A stretch of DNA of 64,000 nucleotides, taken from assembly GCA_037481835.1 (NCBI GenBank), contig JBBFKW010000004.1, forward strand, positions 14,569 through 78,568. Direction: 5' to 3'. The translations under genes were made by a program, and so were the position numbers. The stretch comes from Desulfosoma sp. GTDB lineage: Bacteria; Desulfobacterota; Syntrophobacteria; Syntrophobacterales; DSM-9756. The notes below the pieces were generated by a model, which worked only from the letters and a program-made list of their open reading frames with translations, was not told the DNA's origin and did no database searches. This document shows positions 58,626 through 64,000 of the stretch, in pieces. Numbering within the stretch: position 1 is the stretch's first letter; each line of letters begins with the position of its first letter.

Positions 58626-61241
58626 CTATTCCTCGAAAGGCACCACGGAAACCTTGCACACGCGGCATGCCCCTAGGGCCTGGGACGCATCGGGCAGCAG
58701 CAGTTCCAGGAAGCTCTGGGGACGAAAACGAGCCTGGGGGCTTTCCACCAGCTCCATAGCCACACCCGTGGGGTCGATCCGGCGCACGGAAAGGAGCACA
58801 TCGGCGCAGCGGGCTTCAATGTGCCCTCTTTTGGTCTTTTTGCTCACGAGGCGATCCGCGTACAGGGCATGGCGTGTCATGATAGCTTCCGCCATTTCTT
58901 CGGTCAAACCCGAAACGTGATAAGTCACCCGAAGGACGGACGGTTTTGCCGCCCCGGCAGCCAGGCGCTTTACGCCACACACACGAAGCCCCGCGGGTAA
59001 CTCCCTGTTGAGCCGATCCTGGATTTCCGAAGCCTCCAAGGCTTCTTCCAGCTGGATTTCCGCGTGCTCCGCTTCGCTTTCCATCCCCACGGGCAACGCT
59101 TCGCAAAAGGAAATCTTGGGATGGGGATGGAAGCCTTGGCTGAAGATTACGGGAAGACCCGATCTTCGGACCGCCCTTTCCATGATACGGCTCACTTCCA
59201 ACTGACCGTAGAAGCGGGCTTGATCCTTTTTGGCGAAACGGATTTCGTAGGTGTAGAGCGGCCCGTGGAAACCGCCGGGGGCATTCGGTTCCGGAATCGA
59301 ACACGCCTCGGCCAGCGGTTCCTCGTGAAGACGCGGTGCGACGGTTTCGCCGTCACAGGCGCCGCATCCCGAGCACGGTTCCCAGCGGCAATCCCCCGTC
59401 CGGGCATACGCCAAGGCTTTTTGCCATTCGTCCCAAAGATAAGATTTCCGCACTCCCGCACTCAGGTGATCCCACGGCAGCGGGTCATCTTTGTCATAGG
59501 CGCGCTGTGCCTCGGCATCGGCCGAAAGGCCGTGTTCGGCAAAGGCCTCGTCCCACAGGTGGCGCTGAAAGTGTTCTTCCCAGGCATCGAATCGCGCCCC
59601 CTTGCGCCACGCTGACGCCAGCACGGCGGCCAGGCGCCGGTCTCCTCGCGCCAAAGCCGCTTCCAGGACGCTCAAATCCGGACCGTGCCATTTAAAACGA
59701 ATCCCAGGGTGTCTTAAACGTTCCTTGAGAAAATCCAACCGCACGACCATTTCTTCTCTGGGGATCTGGCCCGTCCATTGAAAAGGCGTCATGGGCTTGG
59801 GGACGAACGTGGAGACGGCCACGTTGACGCCGGCCCGATGAGGTTTTCCCAGGCGCCAGACCTTCATGGACAAGGCCGCGATCTCTTCCACGTCGTCCAG
59901 AGTTTCGGTGGGCAGCCCCATCATGAAATAGAGTTTGATGCCCTTCCACCCGAGGGCATAGGCATCTCGCACCGTCTGAAACAGGTCTTCGTCCTCGATG
60001 TTCTTGTTGATCAGCCTTCTCAGCCGCACACTGCCCGCTTCCGGGGCCACCGTAAAGCCGGTCTTACGCACCCGGCGGATGCATTCCATGAGATCCTGGG
60101 AAAGGGTCCCCACCCTCATGGACGGCAAGGAAACGGCCACCCGTCGGGACGCCATCTCCCCCATCACGGCCCCCAGCAACCATCCCAGCCGGCAGTAATC
60201 CCCGGTGCTCAGGGAAAGGAGCGACACCTCTTCAAAGCCCGTCTCCAGAACGGCCCGGCACGCCTTGTCCACAAGGGTTTTCGGGTGCCGCTCCCGCACC
60301 GGCCTATAGACAAACCCCGCTTGGCAGAACCGACACCCCCGGGTGCACCCCCGGGCGATTTCCAGACCCAAACGGTCGTGAACAATTTGCACCAGGGGAA
60401 CCAGAGGACGGTCCGGGAGCGGGCTTTCCCGGTCCAGGTCCGAAAGGACCCTTTTTCTCACCCCTGTGTAGTCGGCGTAGAGCGGTTCCAGTCCTTCGAA
60501 TCGGCCTCTCCCATCGTAGCGGGCTTGGAAAAAGGACGGCACGTACACCCCGGGGATCGTCCGCGCCTTTTCCAAGAATTCGCGTCGAGAACCGCCGCAT
60601 GCGCGCCAATCCCTGTAGGCCGCCGTCAAGTCCGCCAAGACCTGTTCTCCTTCGCCCAAAACAACGAGGTCGAAGAAAGGGGCCAGAGGTTCCGGATTGT
60701 AGGCGCAGGGGCCTCCCGCGATCACGAAAGGGTCGGACTCACGCCGGTCTTGGCTGTAAAGCGGAATTCCGGCCAGATCCAGCATGGTGAGGATATTCGT
60801 GTAGCTCAACTCATACTGAAGGCTGAACCCCACAAAGGCAAACGCCCTGAGGGGGCGCCGGCTTTCCAGGGCGAAAAGCGGGCGGCGGCTCTCTCTTAGA
60901 CGCCGCTCGAAATCGGGCCAGGGGGCGTAGACCCGATCCGCCAGGACACCGTCCAAGTCGTTGAGTCGATGGTAAAGGAGCTGGAGACCCAGGTGGCTCA
61001 TCCCCACTTCGTACACATCGGGAAAAGCCAGGGCGTAGCGCACGTCCGCGTCATGAAAGTCTTTTCGGCGGGCATGGATTTCCCCCCCCAGGTACCGACC
61101 GGGCCGGGCGATGTCTCTAAGAAGCGACTCCAGCACGACCTCCGGCACGGGGGCGAAATCGGTCAAGGCCTCTCGGACTGTCCTTGGGGCCTCCGGGTCG
61201 CAGGGCCCGGAGACGGCACCGAGGTTGCTTCGAACATTCAT
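58626..61241 (-). CDS. TIGR03960-type B12-binding radical SAM protein fused to a TIGR03936-type domain
   Basis: RP.RYLGGE, FPDVYEVGMSHLG, RGCTRGCRFCQAG, C-terminal SQGFHPHPKISF..ALP.G.ES. Confidence 0.88.
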   Translation of the reverse strand: MNVRSNLGAVSGPCDPEAPRTVREALTDFAPVPEVVLESLLRDIARPGRYLGGEIHARRKDFHDADVRYALAFPDVYEVGMSHLGLQLLYHRLNDLDGVLADRVYAPWPDFERRLRESRRPLFALESRRPLRAFAFVGFSLQYELSYTNILTMLDLAGIPLYSQDRRESDPFVIAGGPCAYNPEPLAPFFDLVVLGEGEQVLADLTAAYRDWRACGGSRREFLEKARTIPGVYVPSFFQARYDGRGRFEGLEPLYADYTGVRKRVLSDLDRESPLPDRPLVPLVQIVHDRLGLEIARGCTRGCRFCQAGFVYRPVRERHPKTLVDKACRAVLETGFEEVSLLSLSTGDYCRLGWLLGAVMGEMASRRVAVSLPSMRVGTLSQDLMECIRRVRKTGFTVAPEAGSVRLRRLINKNIEDEDLFQTVRDAYALGWKGIKLYFMMGLPTETLDDVEEIAALSMKVWRLGKPHRAGVNVAVSTFVPKPMTPFQWTGQIPREEMVVRLDFLKERLRHPGIRFKWHGPDLSVLEAALARGDRRLAAVLASAWRKGARFDAWEEHFQRHLWDEAFAEHGLSADAEAQRAYDKDDPLPWDHLSAGVRKSYLWDEWQKALAYARTGDCRWEPCSGCGACDGETVAPRLHEEPLAEACSIPEPNAPGGFHGPLYTYEIRFAKKDQARFYGQLEVSRIMERAVRRSGLPVIFSQGFHPHPKISFCEALPVGMESEAEHAEIQLEEALEASEIQDRLNRELPAGLRVCGVKRLAAGAAKPSVLRVTYHVSGLTEEMAEAIMTRHALYADRLVSKKTKRGHIEARCADVLLSVRRIDPTGVAMELVESPQARFRPQSFLELLLPDASQALGACRVCKVSVVPFEE

Positions 61242-62428
61242 TGGGCCCCTCGAGACGAAGCCCGGGCGGCATAGAGGGGCGACATGGCCCGAAGTCGGGA
61301 GACCACCGCTTGGAGGGTTTCCACGGCATGGGCGACTTCCTCTTCGGTGTTGTCCTCATCCAGAGTGAAGAGCAAGGTCCCAAACGCCCCATCCCCCAAA
61401 AGGCCCATGGCCTCCAGGACGTGAGACGCCTTGGCCGTGATGGACATGCACGCCGAAGCGCCGGCGACGCAAATCCCCCGCAGATCCATGTGCAAAAGCA
61501 AAGCTTCCCCTTCCACGTACCGAACGGACACATTGACGAGGCCCGGCAGATGCCTTTCCGGATGGCCATTAAACCGCACGTCCTCGATCGTTTCGGCAAT
61601 GCGCTCCCGAAGCATCTTTTCCAACCGCGCGCACCGCTCCATCTTCGCGGGAAGCCTTTTGCGGATGCGTTCTGCGGCGGCGCCCAAGCCCACGATACCG
61701 GGGACGTTTTCCGTGCCGGTCCGGCGCCCGTCTTCCTGGCCGCCTCCGTGGAAAAGCGGCCACAAAGACACGCCCTTTCGGCAATACAGGGCCCCGGCGC
61801 CCTTGGGGCCGTTGAACTGGTTCGCGGCAAGACTCAAAAGATCCACGCCCAGATCCTTCACATCCACGGGGATGCGCCCCACCGAGGCGATGGCGTCCGT
61901 GTGGAGAAGAGCTCCCTGCTCGTGGACCACGGCGGCGACGTCCCCCAGAGGTTGGATGGTCCCCACTTCGTTGTTGGCGTGCATGATGGACACCAGCACC
62001 GTATCGGGCCGCATGGCCTTTTCCACATCCGCAGGATCCACCACGCCGTGCTCGTCCACAGGGACCAGGGTCACGGTGAATCCGAATTTCTCCAGAGCCT
62101 TCGCCGCATAAAGGACCGAATAGTGTTCCACGGCCGAAACGACGATGTGGCGCCCGTCGTGCATCCGATGGAAGGCGACGCCCTTAACGGCCAAATTGTT
62201 GGCTTCCGTCCCGCCGGACGTGAAAATGATTTCTTCGGGTTCGGCCCCGATGAGTGCCGCCGTTTGGGCGCGGGCTTTAAAAATGGCGTCCTGGGGCGCC
62301 TCGCCCAGATGATGGATGCTGGCGGGATTGCCGTAGTGCTCCGTGAGAAAAGGCGTCATTGCCTGGAACACCTCGGGAGCCAGAGGCGTTCCCGCAATGT
62401 GGTCCATGTAAATTCTTCGGCCCTCCAT
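61238..62428 (-). CDS. NifS/IscS-like protein lacking the PLP Schiff-base lysine
   Basis: YGNPAS.H, FTSGGTEANN, ANNEVGTIQP, GTENV, AGASAC; LSLAANQFNGPKG in place of SAHKxYGPKG. Confidence 0.88.
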   Translation of the reverse strand: MEGRRIYMDHIAGTPLAPEVFQAMTPFLTEHYGNPASIHHLGEAPQDAIFKARAQTAALIGAEPEEIIFTSGGTEANNLAVKGVAFHRMHDGRHIVVSAVEHYSVLYAAKALEKFGFTVTLVPVDEHGVVDPADVEKAMRPDTVLVSIMHANNEVGTIQPLGDVAAVVHEQGALLHTDAIASVGRIPVDVKDLGVDLLSLAANQFNGPKGAGALYCRKGVSLWPLFHGGGQEDGRRTGTENVPGIVGLGAAAERIRKRLPAKMERCARLEKMLRERIAETIEDVRFNGHPERHLPGLVNVSVRYVEGEALLLHMDLRGICVAGASACMSITAKASHVLEAMGLLGDGAFGTLLFTLDEDNTEEEVAHAVETLQAVVSRLRAMSPLYAARASSRGAQ

Positions 62429-62897
62429 TCCATTCCCCCCTCATCGTTGGCCATTCAGGGAAAACTCTAAAACCATTGTCGAAAAAGCATGTATCTATAC
62501 GTTCCCCGACGGGGCACCGTCAACCCCTAAGCCGGCATGGTTTCGAGCTTTGTCACAGCGGATGCCATCCGGCCCATCCCTGCGCCTGAGAAGCAGGCGT
62601 GTCCGAAATGGGCCCGAGTCGCAGTGGGCTCGCCCGCCATTTGCATCGCCCCGACGCGAACCCATCGGAGCCCATTGGTTTTCGACTGGGTCGCGGCGCA
62701 GTCCACATCCCGAAACGATCCTTTGGATCGAACGGCCACGCAAAGACGGTTGACGATGAAAATTGAAACATCAAGAGCCCTGAGCTCAACCCCATGGGTT
62801 CTGGCCGAAAAAAGGGCGGGTGCGTCGCCTGTGAAGGGGGAAAGGGCGGGAGCCGGGCGCGAGGGGGTTTTGCGCCCGAAGGATTGCGACTTTCTCC

Positions 62898-62946
62898 TTG
62901 CAAAAGCCTCGGGCCCATGCTAGAGGGTGCGTGAAATCTTTATCAT
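62898..62946 (+). promoter_or_regulatory. Putative sigma70 promoter with adjacent weak Rex-like site
   Basis: TTGCAA-N17-TAGAGG (extended TG) then GCGTGAA-ATCT-TTATCAT, 9/14. Confidence 0.4.
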
Positions 62947-63050
62947 GTCACGAGCTGCCGAGGAGGCAGTGCCTTCGGGATCGGGGGTTTTCACAACAGG
63001 GACAAGCGGCTGGTCACAAGGTCATCGGAGAAGCAGAAGGAGGCAAAGCG

Positions 63051-63362
63051 ATGAAGGTTTTCCTAGGCGGTCTTGCCGCAGCATTTTTCGGCATCATTGG
63101 TATTTTCATTTGGTTTAAGCCTTTCCTCAACCTGCTGGCGGGCGCCATCCCCTTGATGCTGCTCCTCGGCGGCGCCATGGCGGCCTACTTGGGCTACGAC
63201 GAGGTGAAGGATCAGCTCCCCTTTGGCAAGAAGAAAGAGGAAGAAGTCCCTCCGGCCGCTCCCACGGACGACCTTTCCAAGTACAAGGAAGAAGCGGAAA
63301 AGTACAAACAGGAAGTGGAAAAGCTCAAAGCCGAGCTGGAAAAGGCCAAGTCGGCCTCGTAA
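63051..63362 (+). CDS. Small two-TM membrane protein with C-terminal coiled coil
   Basis: AAGGAGG RBS, two hydrophobic helices, Lys/Glu-rich tail, own terminator. Confidence 0.8.
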   Translation: MKVFLGGLAAAFFGIIGIFIWFKPFLNLLAGAIPLMLLLGGAMAAYLGYDEVKDQLPFGKKKEEEVPPAAPTDDLSKYKEEAEKYKQEVEKLKAELEKAKSAS

Positions 63363-63389
63363 GGGCCGAAAGGGCCAGCGCTTTGTGTC

Positions 63390-63421
63390 AAAAGGCCTCC
63401 CGCGACGCGGGAGGCCTTTTT
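63390..63421. terminator. Bidirectional intrinsic terminator
   Basis: AAAAGGCCTCCCGCG-A-CGCGGGAGGCCTTTTT between convergent genes. Confidence 0.85.
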
Positions 63422-63456
63422 GCATCCGCCGCCCCGATCGCGGGCGGGTTCTTCTT

Positions 63457-64000
63457 TTACCGGTCAAACCCCTCCGCCGTATTCCCCACGGCCTTCCGCC
63501 AGATTTCGTAGGAACGGTATCCGCCGCTCAGGTTCTTGGCCCGGTATCCGTATTGGCGAAGGGCCCGCGCGGCCAGGTAGGAACGTTGCCCCACGTAACA
63601 ATAGGCCCAAATTTCCCGATCCTTGGGCAGTTCTTTCATGCGTTGCCGCAGGGCCCCCAGGGGGATATGGATGGCGCCGGGAATGTGCCCGCGCCGGAAT
63701 TCAAAGGGTTCGCGCACGTCCAATACCAGGACGTTTTCCGGAGGGTTGTCCATGTCTTGGGCGTGGACGACGTCCACATCGCCTCGAAGGACGTTGGCGG
63801 CGATCATCCCGGCAATATTCACCGGATCCTTGGCCGAACCGAACTGGGGGGCATAGCACAGTTCGGCCTCTTCGAGATCGAAAACGGTGCCGCCTTTTTG
63901 AACCGCCATGGCGATGACGTCCGTGCGACGCACCGCACCTTTCTTGCCCACGGCCTGGAATCCGAGGATTCTTCCGTCCTTTTTGGAAAAGATCAACTTC
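63457..64000 (-). CDS. CoA-disulfide/persulfide reductase with rhodanese domain, 3' part (truncated by window edge)
   Basis: ELCYAPQFGSAKDPVN dimerisation domain, LDVRE..EF..GHIPGA, YCYVGQRS, NLSGGY. Confidence 0.88.
   Translation of the reverse strand, partial: KLIFSKKDGRILGFQAVGKKGAVRRTDVIAMAVQKGGTVFDLEEAELCYAPQFGSAKDPVNIAGMIAANVLRGDVDVVHAQDMDNPPENVLVLDVREPFEFRRGHIPGAIHIPLGALRQRMKELPKDREIWAYCYVGQRSYLAARALRQYGYRAKNLSGGYRSYEIWRKAVGNTAEGFDR

Noticed and set aside
62700..62760. Possible c-di-GMP-I riboswitch (GAAA and ACGCAAAG)
   Set aside because: Lacks the GGCAAA-P2 arrangement and the terminal CTAA stem
1..64000. rRNA, tRNA, transposase, integrase, prophage or defence genes
   Set aside because: None recognised by eye; small RNAs could have been missed without a covariance search

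Overview
A GC-rich, gene-dense core-chromosome segment from a dissimilatory sulfate reducer. Gene content and order suggest Desulfobacterota, probably Syntrophobacterales (inference). The centre is a sat-aprB-aprA-qmoA-qmoB cluster in which a soluble HdrD-like gene occupies the qmoC position, followed by a small Cys-rich gene and two tandem YkgJ-family genes. The window also carries dnaE, an ABC-F ATPase, vWA-OmpA, nth, rimO, heme genes (sirC, ccsA/hemX, hemA, hemL), tatA, ssb, plsC-rnj-ftsK-lolA-nadA-pdxA-uvrA, an F0 ATP synthase operon ending in rex, a ClC channel, rng and a TIGR03960-type radical SAM gene. I saw no rRNA, tRNA, CRISPR array, transposase or prophage gene. The most unusual signals are: (1) a NifS/IscS homologue whose PLP-binding His-Lys is replaced by Asn-Gln while the catalytic Cys is kept, coupled to a radical SAM gene; (2) a three-gene operon with a 60-aa CxxCGNEADM-repeat protein, a second Cys-rich protein and a B12 radical SAM peptide C-methyltransferase-like enzyme with a CX14CX2C motif; (3) a DUF39-LarE-tRNA-thiolase sulfur-insertion operon; (4) Rex-like operators at the sat, qmoA, atp and rex promoters and at an orphan membrane-protein gene; (5) a GTAG-family REP doublet. 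Family calls come from motif recognition only, no searches were run, and several start codons are uncertain.
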